A stretch of DNA of 64,000 nt. It comes from Desulfosudaceae bacterium (lineage in GTDB: Bacteria; Desulfobacterota; Desulfobacteria; Desulfobacterales; Desulfosudaceae). The notes beneath the pieces are model-generated. The model searched no databases, was not told the DNA's origin, and saw nothing but the letters and a program-made list of their open reading frames with translations. The DNA is taken from contig CAXXDV010000003.1 in NCBI GenBank assembly GCA_963674745.2, positions 1,376,001-1,440,000 on the forward strand. The letters run 5' to 3'. The position numbers and the translations under genes were made by a program. Of this stretch, positions 51,953-62,968 are shown piece after piece. The first letter of the stretch is position 1. The number at the start of each line of letters is the position of its first letter.

Positions 51953-54900
51953 TCAACGCTCCGCATATTTTTGGTGAAATAATGAATAAATGGTCGGGAT
52001 CAGCAGTAACGTAATGAGGGTGGAAGCTGTCAGTCCGCCGACCACGGCTCTTGCCAGTGGCGCCTGGGCTTCGGCCCCCTCGCCTATTCCCATGGCCAGT
52101 GGCAGTAAGCCGAGAATTGTCGTCAGAGTTGTCATCAGAATCGGCCGCAATCTCCTGCGTCCGGCTTCCAGAAGGGCTTCCCGGATATCCAGGCCCTGCC
52201 TGTTGAGCCGTTCAGCCTGATCCACCAGCAGGATGGCGTTATTGACGACGATGCCTCCCAGCATAATACAACCGATATAGGATTGAACGTTCAAGGTTGT
52301 GCCGGTAAGAAAAAGCGTCAGTAACACGCCAACCGCCGCAACCGGAACGGAAAACATCACCACCAGTGGATTGACAAAAGATTCATACTGACAGGCCAGC
52401 ACCATATACACCAGTATCAGGGCCAGCAGGAACGAAATCATCAGTTCCCGGGATGCTTTTTTCTGTTCTTCGAAATTTCCGGCCACCGCCAGATCGTAAC
52501 CGACCGGCCGTGCCAGGGTGCCCAGCACGGATTCCACATCCGCGGCAACGGATCCAAGGTCACGGTTGGAGACATTGGCGGAAACCGTCACCAGTCGCTG
52601 CTGGTCTTTGCGATTAATGACAACCGGGCCGAGGCTTTTTTCGGTGGTCACGAAATTGCGCAGGGCGACCTGGTGACCGTCCGGCGAGGTCAGTGTCAAA
52701 TCGAGGATGTCATCCAAAGAGGTTTTTTCCACGTCTTTTAACTGGACGAAAATACGATAAGCGTTTCCTTCCGACCGGAACTCGCCTACTTTTGATCCCG
52801 CGACGGCGGTTTCAAGAATACCGGTCACATCGCGGATACTCAGTCCCAGATCGGCGATCTTGTCCCGATCCACATGAAAGGACTGCTGGGGCATGCCGCT
52901 GTCCCGGCTGATTTCCACGTCGGTGATGCCAGGCACGTCAACAATTGACTTCGCTACCCGGTCAGAAAGGGCCTTGAGGATATCAAGATCGTTTCCACGG
53001 ATTTCTATGACCAACCCCTCATCACCGCCGACAAGCCGATCCAGAAGAAACTGGCCCTGGGGTGCGCGGACACGGATCTTCATGCCTGCAATTTTACCTG
53101 TCAGCCGCTGTCGAAGATCATCGGCTATTTCCACGTTGGACCGTTTCCGTTGGGAAGATGACGTCAGTGAAAGTCGGATTTCCCCGGACGAATCCCTTCC
53201 ACCCCTGACACTGACAACAGAAGAAACGATTTCCGGAACAGCCGAAAATACCAGCTGTTCCATCAAGCGGGTCTGTCGGTCGAGAAGGCTCAGGCGTGTC
53301 CCGATTTCCATCTCACCGGAAATTCGCACTTCTCCCTCATCACTGGGCGGCAGGAACTCGCTGCCGATCAACGGCAGTAACAGCAGGCTGGCTGCGACAA
53401 TTAACGCTGCGGTGGTAACGGTTAAAAGACGGTTGTCGAGGACCCGAACCAGGGCGGATCGATAGTTGGCGTTCACCCGGGAGAAAAATGATTCCGAAAC
53501 TCCTGAAAACATTTCAAACAGTCGCTTGACCCCGGAAAACCTTTTCCCATACGCATCATGAGAAGCACCAAACAGCCTGGCGGTCATCATGGGTACCAGG
53601 CTCAGGGATACCAGTAGTGAGCAGGACAGGGAAAAGATGATCACGTAAGCAAGTTCCGTAAACAGTATACCGGAAACACCGCGCACAAAAACCAGGGGCA
53701 GAAAAATCACCAGGGTCGTGATGGTACTGGCCACAATGGCGGGTGCGACCTCTCCGGCCCCTTCGACAGCCGCGACTTCAGATGTCTCGCCGTTTTCCGT
53801 GTGCCGCCGGAAAATATTTTCCAGTACCACGATAGAGCTGTCCACCATCATGCCGACACCCAGAGCCAGTCCGCCCAGGGTCATCAGGTTGAGGGTGAAA
53901 CTACCGAAATATATCAATGTAAAGGTGGCCACGATGGATATGGGAATGGACAGGGAAATAACAATGGTGCTGCGGATGTTTCTTAAAAAAAACAGCAGGA
54001 CCAAAACGGCCAGCAGGCCACCATACAAGACGGAACGGGCCACATTGGCGATGGAACGTTCGATGAAATTTCCCTGGTTAATAACCGGTACAATATTCAT
54101 CTGGGGAAAAGCGCGATTGGCGGATTCTATTTCCGCCAGAACCCGTTTGGTCACCTCTACCGTGTTGGCATCCCCCTGCTTCCGGATAGCGACTCTTATA
54201 CCCCTGACATGATTGACCCGGATAACCCGGGAAATCTTTTCATAGGTGTCTTTAACGATGGCAATCTGACCCAGGGTCACAGCAGCACCGTCCTGCAGGT
54301 CGACAACGGTGTTGCGGATCTCATCGATATTGGTGAATTCTGCTGGCGCGCGGAGCGTAATCTCATAACGGCCCTGCTCGATAGTGCCGGCCGGGAGATC
54401 AAGGTTGGCGTTCCTGATGGCTGAAACAATTCTGTCCAGGGGAATGCCCAGAGCCCGGATCCGTTCATGATCCAGCTCGATCCGTATTTCACGGTTGTAT
54501 CCGCCCCACAGATCCACCTGCGCCACACCCGGAATACGGGCAAAACGATACCGGATACGATCTTCAATCAACCGGGTCAATTCCACCGGATCAAGGCTGC
54601 TGGAAATGCCCAGCAACATGACCGGAAAACTGTTGATGTCGAATTTCCGGATGCTGGGACGGACGACATCCTCCGGCAGTTCGTTTAATTCGTTTTCAAT
54701 AATCGATTGAACATCAAGAGCGGCGGTGTCGATATCCGTGCCCCAGGAAAACGTGATGCGGATGGCGCTTCGGCCTTCGGTTGATTCAGAGGTTAGTTCG
54801 GCCACTCCCGGAACAGTGGCAATAATCTCTTCTAAAATCTGTGTCACCAGCTTTTCCATCACCTCGGGGCTGGCCCCTTCGTATTCCGTGCGAACCGACA

Positions 54901-55033
54901 TTGTCGGCATTTCGATGTCGGGAAGCATATCAATACGAAGCCGACTCAGCGAAACGACCCCGAGAACGACAACAATAAGGGTGACCATGATGGTGAATAT
55001 CGGTCGATGAACGCTGAAACGCGGCAGATTCAT
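51953..55033 (-). CDS. RND efflux permease (AcrB/AcrD/AcrF family)
   Basis: [44 protein letters not shown]. Confidence 0.96.
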   Translation of the reverse strand: MNLPRFSVHRPIFTIMVTLIVVVLGVVSLSRLRIDMLPDIEMPTMSVRTEYEGASPEVMEKLVTQILEEIIATVPGVAELTSESTEGRSAIRITFSWGTDIDTAALDVQSIIENELNELPEDVVRPSIRKFDINSFPVMLLGISSSLDPVELTRLIEDRIRYRFARIPGVAQVDLWGGYNREIRIELDHERIRALGIPLDRIVSAIRNANLDLPAGTIEQGRYEITLRAPAEFTNIDEIRNTVVDLQDGAAVTLGQIAIVKDTYEKISRVIRVNHVRGIRVAIRKQGDANTVEVTKRVLAEIESANRAFPQMNIVPVINQGNFIERSIANVARSVLYGGLLAVLVLLFFLRNIRSTIVISLSIPISIVATFTLIYFGSFTLNLMTLGGLALGVGMMVDSSIVVLENIFRRHTENGETSEVAAVEGAGEVAPAIVASTITTLVIFLPLVFVRGVSGILFTELAYVIIFSLSCSLLVSLSLVPMMTARLFGASHDAYGKRFSGVKRLFEMFSGVSESFFSRVNANYRSALVRVLDNRLLTVTTAALIVAASLLLLPLIGSEFLPPSDEGEVRISGEMEIGTRLSLLDRQTRLMEQLVFSAVPEIVSSVVSVRGGRDSSGEIRLSLTSSSQRKRSNVEIADDLRQRLTGKIAGMKIRVRAPQGQFLLDRLVGGDEGLVIEIRGNDLDILKALSDRVAKSIVDVPGITDVEISRDSGMPQQSFHVDRDKIADLGLSIRDVTGILETAVAGSKVGEFRSEGNAYRIFVQLKDVEKTSLDDILDLTLTSPDGHQVALRNFVTTEKSLGPVVINRKDQQRLVTVSANVSNRDLGSVAADVESVLGTLARPVGYDLAVAGNFEEQKKASRELMISFLLALILVYMVLACQYESFVNPLVVMFSVPVAAVGVLLTLFLTGTTLNVQSYIGCIMLGGIVVNNAILLVDQAERLNRQGLDIREALLEAGRRRLRPILMTTLTTILGLLPLAMGIGEGAEAQAPLARAVVGGLTASTLITLLLIPTIYSLFHQKYAER

Positions 55034-56253
55034 TATTGTGGCGTCTCCCTGCTGCCGGTATTCATTTTTTCCACTGACTCGGAAATGGTAATAACTGAGC
55101 CATCGTTTAAAAGCTGCTGGCCAAGCGTAACAACCTTTTGAGGAAGTTTCAGGTCGGACAAAAAACGGTCATCTATCTGCACCATGCCACTGTCAAGGAT
55201 GCCTGTCTTCACCAGTCGCCAGGAAACCGTCTGGCCACCGTTATCGACCACGAAAATGCCGGTTTTGTCATCCCGGCTGGTCAGGGCCTGTTCCGGTACG
55301 ATAACCGCATTTTCGATCCGGTCCAATACAATCGTCACCCGGATAAACATTCCCGGTTTCAGCAGGCCCTGATTGTTTTCGATTTTCAATTCGACTTTTG
55401 CCTGTCGAGAATTTCTACCAAATACCGGTGAAATCCGGTCAATAAGGGCCTTAAACCGGGTATCCGCAAAGGCATCTGTGACCAGGGAAGCCATTTGCCC
55501 TACCTTGAGGCTGGCATAGTCCTTTTCCGTTACATAGATGACACCAATCATGGGATCCAGCGAAACGATGGAAAGCAAGGGGGCATTGGCGGCCACGGTT
55601 TCTCCTTCGTCTACAAACCGCTCGGACACGATGCGGGAGCTACCTTCATCCGCCCAGGAAGCGCTGATTTCGGTATATCCAAGGCGAATCCTGGCGGTTT
55701 CCAGCAAAGCCTCCGCCCTGTTCACCCGGGCACGGGCCACTTCACGGGCGGCCTGTTTGGAAAGCTGATCGGCTTTAGCACCGTCAAACTGAGAGTCGGA
55801 CGCGACACCCCTGGAACGAAGGGTATCAAACCTTTTTAACTCACGCGCTGCGATTTCCAGTGCATTTTCCGCCTCCACCAGGTTGGCTTTAGCCACCTGC
55901 AAATCGGCTTCCGCCAGGGCGACCGACTGGAGGAACTCATCATTGTCCATCTGGGCCACCACCTGCCCTTTCTCAACGATATCTCCAAGGTCCGCGTATA
56001 CCCGCTCCACGCGGCCACTGACCTTTGGTGCGATCACAAATTCAGCAACCGGTTCCAAAGATCCGCTGAATATGCGGCGCAGCTCGATGGGGCCTCTTTT
56101 GATGACGCCGATCTCTACTGGAGCGGAATCCCTTTGTCCGGCCTGGCCGGTTGTTTCCCGATCATTGTACAACCGGTTGATAATGATTAAAAAAAAGCCG
56201 GCCGCCAGAATACAGGTGATGATGATTGTTTTTCGAAAAGAACGTGATTCCAT
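55033..56253 (-). CDS. RND periplasmic adaptor (MFP)
   Basis: APKVSGRV, coiled-coil hairpin, LKPGMF, VPEQAL. Confidence 0.94.
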   Translation of the reverse strand: MESRSFRKTIIITCILAAGFFLIIINRLYNDRETTGQAGQRDSAPVEIGVIKRGPIELRRIFSGSLEPVAEFVIAPKVSGRVERVYADLGDIVEKGQVVAQMDNDEFLQSVALAEADLQVAKANLVEAENALEIAARELKRFDTLRSRGVASDSQFDGAKADQLSKQAAREVARARVNRAEALLETARIRLGYTEISASWADEGSSRIVSERFVDEGETVAANAPLLSIVSLDPMIGVIYVTEKDYASLKVGQMASLVTDAFADTRFKALIDRISPVFGRNSRQAKVELKIENNQGLLKPGMFIRVTIVLDRIENAVIVPEQALTSRDDKTGIFVVDNGGQTVSWRLVKTGILDSGMVQIDDRFLSDLKLPQKVVTLGQQLLNDGSVITISESVEKMNTGSRETPQ

Positions 56254-56438
56254 GAATATTTATCTTTTCTTGTTTTAGTTATTCACAAGCAGAAGGGAAA
56301 AACCGTAATCCCAAAATGCACTAAAGAGATTGATATGTATTTTATTGAATTAGGTTGATTTTTAAAAGCATTTACTTAATATATTTTGTCAGACACATTT
56401 TGAGAAAACAAGAACCTCACAGAAACGAAAGGGAGATC

Positions 56439-56903
56439 ATGACCGATTCTGCAAGCGATATCATGGTTCGGGATTTTGATTCTATTGATGAAAACGCCCC
56501 GGTAGTAGAAGCCATCACAAAAATTATGGCCGGCAAACTGCGCCAAACCGGTTATAAAACCGTCAGCCTGATGGTAATCAACGAGTTGGGACAATTGGTG
56601 GGCGTGATTACCATGTTTGATATTCTATACCATTTAAGACCCGGCTTTTTAAACTACGATCTCGGGGGAAACGCCGTGCCCTGGGAAGGACTTTTTGAAC
56701 CGGCCCAGCGTGAACTAAAAGGAAAACGGGTCAAACAGATCATGAGCCAGGGCGTCGTTACCGCCAACCCGGATGACCATGTCATGGCCCTGCTCGACCG
56801 CATGGTGAAAAACAAATACCGCCGGCTGCCGGTGGTGAAAAACGGCCGCCTTGAAGGTGTTGTCTATATCGGGGATATTTTTCATTATCTCTTTAATCGG
56901 TAA
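56439..56903 (+). CDS. CBS-pair protein
   Basis: ASDIMVRD...LVGVITMFDIL; VKQIMS...RRLPVVKNGRLEGVV; start at ATG 56439 after GGGAG. Confidence 0.85.
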   Translation: MTDSASDIMVRDFDSIDENAPVVEAITKIMAGKLRQTGYKTVSLMVINELGQLVGVITMFDILYHLRPGFLNYDLGGNAVPWEGLFEPAQRELKGKRVKQIMSQGVVTANPDDHVMALLDRMVKNKYRRLPVVKNGRLEGVVYIGDIFHYLFNR

Positions 56904-56960
56904 CGGCTTGTCTTTATGAACATTTGGAAATTTTGGCCTTTCTCAATTCTTAGGTACCGG

Positions 56961-57240
56961 GTGGTTAAGTGTTTATTAGTCATCTCCATCCGCAAGCCTC
57001 GATCACATAATCATTTAACCACATAATAACCTCTACCTAAAACTTTAAAACGCTAACACCATAAACCTTAACCACAAAGTTTAAACTCCGATCTGGCCCC
57101 AGCGAAGCTGGCTAAACACTGTCCTTAAGCCCCGATCACTTAACCACATAAACACATAATCACATAACCACTTAACCTAAATCCCTAACACCTAACACCT
57201 TAATCACCTAATACCCTAACACTCTAAAACCCTAAAACCT
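56961..57240. repeat. Strand-biased CAC(A/T)TAAN / CCTAA(A)AC short-repeat tract
   Basis: Five in-register octamers at 57137-57176 (CACTTAAC CACATAAA CACATAAT CACATAAC CACTTAAC); inverted copy GTGGTTAAGTGTTTAT at 56961. Confidence 0.75.
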
Positions 57241-57241
57241 T

Positions 57242-58606
57242 CTAAAAGAATACCTGCCACCGCATCTGGTAAATATCCGCTTCCGCGTCCTCAATACCTG
57301 CCGCGGCAAGGCTGTCTTCTACATCAATATGAACATAGTTAAAACTCCAGCGAAGGTTCTGGTTGATATACCAGTTCAATGCCAGGGTAACATCTTTCAT
57401 CTCACCGCCGTAAAGCAGATGGTCGTTTAAATCAACATCCGCATATCGCACCGCCGCTTCCCAGGCACCCCAACCGCCCCGATCCGGTTCAAAAGGTGAT
57501 GTGACATCCACCAGGGAAAACTCGGCCCCGTCATTCCCTTTTAATTTATACTTTTTGTGTTCCCCGGTTAAAAAATAACTGGCCGTCAGGTAATATCCCT
57601 TCAACTCAGGATCATCAAAAGCTTCCGAATCAACACGGGTATACCAGTATTCTGCTTGAAGGCAGAAAGGCCCCAGTACAATCGCTGCTTCCGGTCCCAG
57701 CATGTCGGCGCTGTCGGCGGGTATATTACCGGTGTCAATGGGTCGAAAATCAGAAACGTGAAGTTCAGGTCGTTTGCGGAACCGCAGACCGTCATCAGCG
57801 ATCTTATGGCTGTAACCAAGGCCCAGATGCAATAGTTTACTACCGTCGTCCGCATACCAGGGCGTGATGGTGACCCGGCCGGTTATATTGTAATCGCCGT
57901 TCTTGGTGTACCCCTCGGCACCGGCATCGGTCTCCTTGAAAATACCCAGGCTCCAGCTTACACGTGGATGATCAAAAAAATTCAAAAAACGGATGCCGAT
58001 GTTCCTGCCGGGAACGATGCCATCCGGAAGCGCCCGCTCCATAACCGGCATATAAAGCCGACTGTCCAGTCTCTCCAGTGAAAACGGCTCCTTGGTATGA
58101 CCGATCCGCATCCGGCCCAGATAGGCAAGGCGCTGGAATTCAATCCAGTTCTCCTGAAAAGCCACATCGCCGGCTGAAAAATCAAATTCATTGCTGAAAG
58201 CAAATCTGTCATAAATCAATCCGGTGATGTGAAGCCGTGTCTGCCGGAACTCGACGCCGGTTCCCTCAAAAGCATTGCCGTTTGCATCCGCCGCCGCTTC
58301 CATTTGCCTGTCACTGCTGACATGTGCCGCGTCGATCATGATCCGGCCGCCGATCTGGAATTTAAAAAGACCGTCATCCGAATCGACATGAAGTACTTTA
58401 TCAAAGGTTGTTGAAAATCCCCGGTCTTCTTTTGCGGCCTTTTGTTTCAGTTCTTCATACTTTTCATCTGTGATGTCTCCACGAGAATGCAGAATCTCCA
58501 ATATTTCCTGCGTTATCTCAGCGCCGTTCGCTTCCGGCAGGCTGGGGAAAAGAATAAACATACCGAATAAAACCGTTACGCCCGCAATAAACAGAATCCT
58601 TTGCAT
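57242..58606 (-). CDS. OprO/OprP-family (phosphate-selective-type) porin
   Basis: Signal peptide; GGRIMID, EFRQTRL, KEPFSLE, MERAL, SYFLTGE, GAWEAAVRY, LNWY, C-terminal Phe. Confidence 0.9.
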   Translation of the reverse strand: MQRILFIAGVTVLFGMFILFPSLPEANGAEITQEILEILHSRGDITDEKYEELKQKAAKEDRGFSTTFDKVLHVDSDDGLFKFQIGGRIMIDAAHVSSDRQMEAAADANGNAFEGTGVEFRQTRLHITGLIYDRFAFSNEFDFSAGDVAFQENWIEFQRLAYLGRMRIGHTKEPFSLERLDSRLYMPVMERALPDGIVPGRNIGIRFLNFFDHPRVSWSLGIFKETDAGAEGYTKNGDYNITGRVTITPWYADDGSKLLHLGLGYSHKIADDGLRFRKRPELHVSDFRPIDTGNIPADSADMLGPEAAIVLGPFCLQAEYWYTRVDSEAFDDPELKGYYLTASYFLTGEHKKYKLKGNDGAEFSLVDVTSPFEPDRGGWGAWEAAVRYADVDLNDHLLYGGEMKDVTLALNWYINQNLRWSFNYVHIDVEDSLAAAGIEDAEADIYQMRWQVFF

Positions 58607-58810
58607 CAGTTTTCTCCTTAAATGTAAAAACGTGGTGTAACATAACCTTACAATCTGTCAAACAATAATAATGAAATATCTTTTTGTTCAATTCTAAATC
58701 GCTAACGTCAGGCTGTCCCCGGACAGATACAACTTACTCAAATTAATAAGTAATAATCGATATTGTAAGTTCACTCATATCTCTTCATGAATTGTTCTTT
58801 TCAGTAATAG

Positions 58811-58827
58811 TGCATTTGCCGTGCCAA
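58811..58827 (-). promoter_or_regulatory. sigma54 (-24/-12) promoter upstream of the porin
   Basis: Minus strand TTGGCACGGCAAATGCA: TGGCACG...TGCA with GG-N10-GC spacing, ~200 bp above the start. Confidence 0.65.
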
Positions 58828-58915
58828 CCCTCACCCTTCCGATTTTGATCAAAACCTCTCAGCCTGAAAAATTAACGCTTCCAACGAACAAGAGTACAAT
58901 CCATTGTTATTTATC

Positions 58916-58947
58916 GGTTTGGTTCCGGACCCGGTCCGGTTGGGACG
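58916..58947. repeat. Dispersed hairpin repeat, copy 2
   Basis: GGTTTGGTTCCGGACccgGTCCGGTTGGGACG; compensatory stem change relative to 28956-28987. Confidence 0.75.
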
Positions 58948-58980
58948 TTTAAAACCTTTTATCCTTCTGCACCCCATACC

Positions 58981-59085
58981 CACTTAATCACTTAAACACC
59001 TAAACACTAATCCATTAATGCCTTTCCATCACAAACAACAAAAAGGCTAAATCTTTAATACATAACACTTTAAAACCTAAAACCT
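58981..59085. repeat. Third CAC(T/C)TAAN tract
   Basis: CACTTAAT CACTTAAA CACCTAAA; TAACACTTTAAAACCTAAAAC (59063-83) is identical to 28770-28790. Confidence 0.7.
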
Positions 59086-59168
59086 GTTTTCAATCACCTT
59101 TTCATTGACACCCCGACGTTTTCATCATACTAACGGGATTAAAATCTCAATCTCAGGAACACCCCAGA

Positions 59169-61241
59169 ATGTTTGAAAAAACAAAAATAAAAGAGATCTT
59201 AAACGAATTTCCGGATCTATCCCGGGAGATGGCCGAAAGGATATATACCTCCCGCCTTATCGGGGAAAAACCCGAATGGGTCCTCCACGGCGGCGGCAAC
59301 ACTTCAATCAAGCTGACAGGCCCTGACCTGTTCGGTGAAGACCGTGACGTTATTTTTGTCAAAGGCAGCGGTGTTGACATGGCGGCCATTAAAGCCGACG
59401 ATTTTACCGGACTTGACCTTGCTTCCCTCAAACGACTTCGTCAATTACCCCGGTTAAGCGACGATGAGATGGACAACCAGCTGAGGCTGAGCAAGCTGCG
59501 GGCAGACGCACCGGATCCCTCGGTGGAAGCCTTGCTGCACGCGTTTTTACCTCACAGATTCATCGACCATACCCATGCCGATGCCATACTGGCTATGACC
59601 AGCCGGGATGAAGCCGAAAGCCTGATCGTGAGTGTTCTGGGCGATAAGGTATGCGTCATCCCTTATGAAAAATCAGGACTCCCACTGGCATCAGCCGCGG
59701 TAACCGCCTGGGAAAAAAACCCTGAAGCCGAAGCCATTATCGTACTGCATCACGGCATCTTTACTTTTGGAGAAGATGCCGAAACCGCTTTTCAGCGTAT
59801 GGCCGACTATGTTGCCCGGGCTGAAAAATGGCTGGCGGAACAGTCACCTGTGGAATTGAAATGGTCTGCCGTTATCCGGAATGACAGCGCCATTCCCAGA
59901 ATCGCCCAGATTATTCGCAGCACATGTGCCGTAACGGAAAGCCCTGATCATGTCAATACGCTGCTGGTCGATATTCGCGATCATGATGAGATAATCGAAA
60001 TTTCTTTAAGCTGGGAAGTTGAAAATATCTGTTCTTCCGGGGTGTTGACACCCGACCATGTCATCCGGACCAAAAATCGGTACGTGTATATTGATTATGT
60101 GCCTGATGACGACGAAGAACTGACGGCCCTGATTACAAAAAGAATCAATGCTTTCAAGGCCGATTACGAAACATATTTTAAAACGTTTCAAGAAGATCCC
60201 GACAAAACCATGCTGGATCCAAAGCCCCGGGTGTTTCTGGTGGCCGGAGCCGGGTTGTTTGCTCTGGGCGAGACAAGAAAGGCGGCAAAAATCGCTGCTG
60301 ATATTGCCGAACATACCATCATCACCAAATTTCGGGCAGGCATGGAATCTTATACGCCAATTGATGAGGCCCATATATTTGACATGGAATACTGGCCTCT
60401 CCAGTTGAAAAAATTGAAAACAAAAGCCCCTCCCCCCCTGCAGGGGAAAATCGGCCTTGTCACAGGCGCTGCCGGCGCCATTGGATTCGGCATTGCCGAC
60501 CGTCTCCTGGCAGCGGGAGCGGCAGTGGTCGTCTCAGATATTGATGAAACCGGACTGGAAAATGTGCGTCGGATCCTGGCTGACCGGTATGACAAAGACC
60601 GGGTCGCCGCCATTCATTTTGACGTTACCCGGGAAGAAAGTGTCCGGTCCGGCATGGAAAAAGCCTGCCTGGCATTTGGTGGAATGGACATCCTGGTGCC
60701 CAATGCCGGGACAGCTCATGTGGCAAAAATAGAAGATCTTGATTTCGATAAATTTCAAAATGTTACAAACGTAAACCTCATGGGTACGTTCAATGTAATA
60801 AAGGCCGTAATACCCGTCTTCAAACGACAAAACACCGGCGGCAACATCGTGGTCATCAGCACCAAAAATGTGTTTGACCCTGGTGCTGCTTTTGGCGCCT
60901 ACAGCGCCTCAAAGGCGGGAGCCCATCAGATGGCCCGGATCGCCGCCCTGGAGCTGGCCGAACTGGGCGTTCGGGTCAATATGATTAATCCTGATGCTGT
61001 TTTCGGGGATGAAGCCGTCCCTTCGAAACTCTGGGAAATGATCGGCCCCGACCGGATGAAAGCCCGTGGACTTGATCCAGAGGGACTGAAAGCCTATTAT
61101 CGGCAACGAAACCTGTTGAAAATTACGGTAACAGCAGAACATGTCGGCAATGCCGTGGTATTTTTCGCCACCAACCAGACACCTACAACCGGGGCCGCGC
61201 TTCCGGTGGACGGTGGCGTACCGGCGGCGTTCCCGAGATAA
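59169..61241 (+). CDS. Bifunctional class II aldolase / short-chain dehydrogenase (RhaEW/YuxG-like)
   Basis: HGGGNTSIK, KGSG, PSVEALLH, HTHAD, HHG; SDR VTGAAGAIG, NAG, YSASK. Confidence 0.92.
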   Translation: MFEKTKIKEILNEFPDLSREMAERIYTSRLIGEKPEWVLHGGGNTSIKLTGPDLFGEDRDVIFVKGSGVDMAAIKADDFTGLDLASLKRLRQLPRLSDDEMDNQLRLSKLRADAPDPSVEALLHAFLPHRFIDHTHADAILAMTSRDEAESLIVSVLGDKVCVIPYEKSGLPLASAAVTAWEKNPEAEAIIVLHHGIFTFGEDAETAFQRMADYVARAEKWLAEQSPVELKWSAVIRNDSAIPRIAQIIRSTCAVTESPDHVNTLLVDIRDHDEIIEISLSWEVENICSSGVLTPDHVIRTKNRYVYIDYVPDDDEELTALITKRINAFKADYETYFKTFQEDPDKTMLDPKPRVFLVAGAGLFALGETRKAAKIAADIAEHTIITKFRAGMESYTPIDEAHIFDMEYWPLQLKKLKTKAPPPLQGKIGLVTGAAGAIGFGIADRLLAAGAAVVVSDIDETGLENVRRILADRYDKDRVAAIHFDVTREESVRSGMEKACLAFGGMDILVPNAGTAHVAKIEDLDFDKFQNVTNVNLMGTFNVIKAVIPVFKRQNTGGNIVVISTKNVFDPGAAFGAYSASKAGAHQMARIAALELAELGVRVNMINPDAVFGDEAVPSKLWEMIGPDRMKARGLDPEGLKAYYRQRNLLKITVTAEHVGNAVVFFATNQTPTTGAALPVDGGVPAAFPR

Positions 61242-61253
61242 TAAAGGTACAAA

Positions 61254-61628
61254 ATGGAACTGCTTCACATCGCCCTTGTCAATTCCTCAGAGAAAAACAG
61301 CGATTTGTTTTACAAAGACTTGTTGGGATGTGAAAAAAAACCACCGCGCCAGGTTCCGGCCACCCTGATGAAATCGTTGTTCAACCAGGATGAAGTCGCC
61401 ACCATTATCAATTATGTTCACAAAGATGGCCTTGTTTTTGAAGTTTTTATCATGGCCGTCAGGGAACTCACCCCTGTCTCTCATGCCTGCCTGAAGGTAA
61501 AAGCGCACGATGGTTTTTTGACAACCTGTAAAAAAATGAACATTTCCATCCGCCGTTTTGTAAAAGATGACGGCGACAGTATCGTTTTTATAGAGGATTT
61601 TGATCAAAATTTATTTGAAATAAAATAG
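61254..61628 (+). CDS. VOC/glyoxalase-family protein
   Basis: LHIAL...FYKDLLG; HACL; FIEDFDQNLFEI. Confidence 0.85.
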   Translation: MELLHIALVNSSEKNSDLFYKDLLGCEKKPPRQVPATLMKSLFNQDEVATIINYVHKDGLVFEVFIMAVRELTPVSHACLKVKAHDGFLTTCKKMNISIRRFVKDDGDSIVFIEDFDQNLFEIK

Positions 61629-61665
61629 AAAACTTCAATAATTACTCATTGTAAGGAGGTATACC

Positions 61666-62547
61666 ATGCCTGATGTTGATGATGTCAAAGAAGGGAAAAA
61701 CTATTATACGGACAAACCCCAGGAATGTGACGGCTTTTTTCTTAAAGGCTGCAACTCCCTGGACTGGGGAATGAAAAACCGGCTGGCCCGGATATTCAAC
61801 CCGGAAAGCGGCCGAACCGTCATGCTGGCCGTCGATCACGGTTACTTTCAGGGGCCGACCACCGGCCTGGAACGGATCGATATCAACATCCTGCCCCTGG
61901 TTCCTTATGCCGATACCCTCATGCTCACCCGGGGCATCCTCCGGAGCATCGTGCCGCCATCTTCAACCATTCCCATTGTACTGCGGGCTTCCGGCGGCAC
62001 CAGTATTCTTTCTGAACTGTCCAACGAAAAAATTGCCGTGGACATCGAAGATTCCATCCGACTCAATGTCTGCGCCATGGCCGTGCAGGTGTTTATCGGC
62101 GGGGAATACGAGCGCCAATCCATCATTAACATGACCAATCTGGTGGATCTGGGAAATCGCTACGGTATTCCCACCCTGGCCGTTACCGCAGTGGGTAAGG
62201 ACATGGCCAGAGACGCCCGCTACTTCCGGCTGGCCACCCGCATCTGCGCCGAACTGGGGGCGACCTACATCAAATCCTACTATATTGAAGAAGGCTTTGA
62301 GACCGTCACCTCATCCTGCCCTGTCCCCATCGTCATGGCCGGCGGTAAAAAAATCCCCGAACTGGATGCCCTGACCATGGCCTACAACGCGGTTCAACAG
62401 GGCGCCGCCGGTGTGGATATGGGTCGTAATATCTTTCAGTCAGAAGACCCCATTGCCATGATCCAGGCCGTTCACAGCGTTGTGCATAAACTGGAGAAAC
62501 CGGAAAAAGCCTTTGATATGTATAATACGTTGAAGAATGAAAAATGA
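61666..62547 (+). CDS. lsrF: LsrF-type DhnA-family thiolase/aldolase
   Basis: [14 protein letters not shown]...[36 protein letters not shown] as in LsrF; SD AAGGAGG. Confidence 0.9.
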   Translation: MPDVDDVKEGKNYYTDKPQECDGFFLKGCNSLDWGMKNRLARIFNPESGRTVMLAVDHGYFQGPTTGLERIDINILPLVPYADTLMLTRGILRSIVPPSSTIPIVLRASGGTSILSELSNEKIAVDIEDSIRLNVCAMAVQVFIGGEYERQSIINMTNLVDLGNRYGIPTLAVTAVGKDMARDARYFRLATRICAELGATYIKSYYIEEGFETVTSSCPVPIVMAGGKKIPELDALTMAYNAVQQGAAGVDMGRNIFQSEDPIAMIQAVHSVVHKLEKPEKAFDMYNTLKNEK

Positions 62548-62657
62548 CCTGAAAAATATTGACATCAAAGGAAGCTGTTGTTAGAAACAAAGTTTGCTGA
62601 TTTGACTTTTTATTTAACCTTTGAACCAATTTTTGAATGAAAAAGGAGCTTCTGTAA

Positions 62658-62918
62658 ATGACGAAACATGTCCCTCTGCCCAAAGATACCAAGGCTTTTC
62701 ACTGTGCCAACTGCGGTGCTGTAGCACTTGATCAGAATAATATATGCAATCCTGCCGGAAGAATAACAAAAATTGACTGGTGCGGCTCCAAGGACCTGCC
62801 GCCCCCTCAGGCCTGCCACAACCGTGTCAACAATGACCGCTATTCATGTAAAAAATGTGGTAAAACCGCCATCAACCCGGCCCTGCTCTGTGAACCGGAA
62901 AAAATGGAACTGGCATAA
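62658..62918 (+). CDS. Small Cys-rich protein with two CxxCG-x9-CxP units
   Basis: FHCANCGAVALDQNNICNP and YSCKKCGKTAINPALLCEP; SD AAGGAG; own terminator. Confidence 0.8.
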   Translation: MTKHVPLPKDTKAFHCANCGAVALDQNNICNPAGRITKIDWCGSKDLPPPQACHNRVNNDRYSCKKCGKTAINPALLCEPEKMELA

Positions 62919-62929
62919 TAAATAATACG

Positions 62930-62968
62930 ATACCGGGAGAGATATGCTTCTCTCCCGGTATTTTGTTT
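62930..62968 (+). terminator. Rho-independent terminator
   Basis: 13-bp stem ATACCGGGAGAGA/TCTCTCCCGGTAT, 6-nt loop, then TTTGTTT. Confidence 0.85.

Noticed and set aside
56961..57240. CRISPR array in the repeat-rich intergenic tracts (also 28541-28860, 58981-59085)
   Set aside because: Units are 7-8 bp, degenerate and contiguous, with no 23-47 bp repeats separated by unique spacers and no cas genes.
58621..58665. Pho box upstream of the porin (GTAACA/CTTACA/GTCAAA)
   Set aside because: Degenerate, 10-bp rather than 11-bp period, and within AT-rich DNA; too weak to call.
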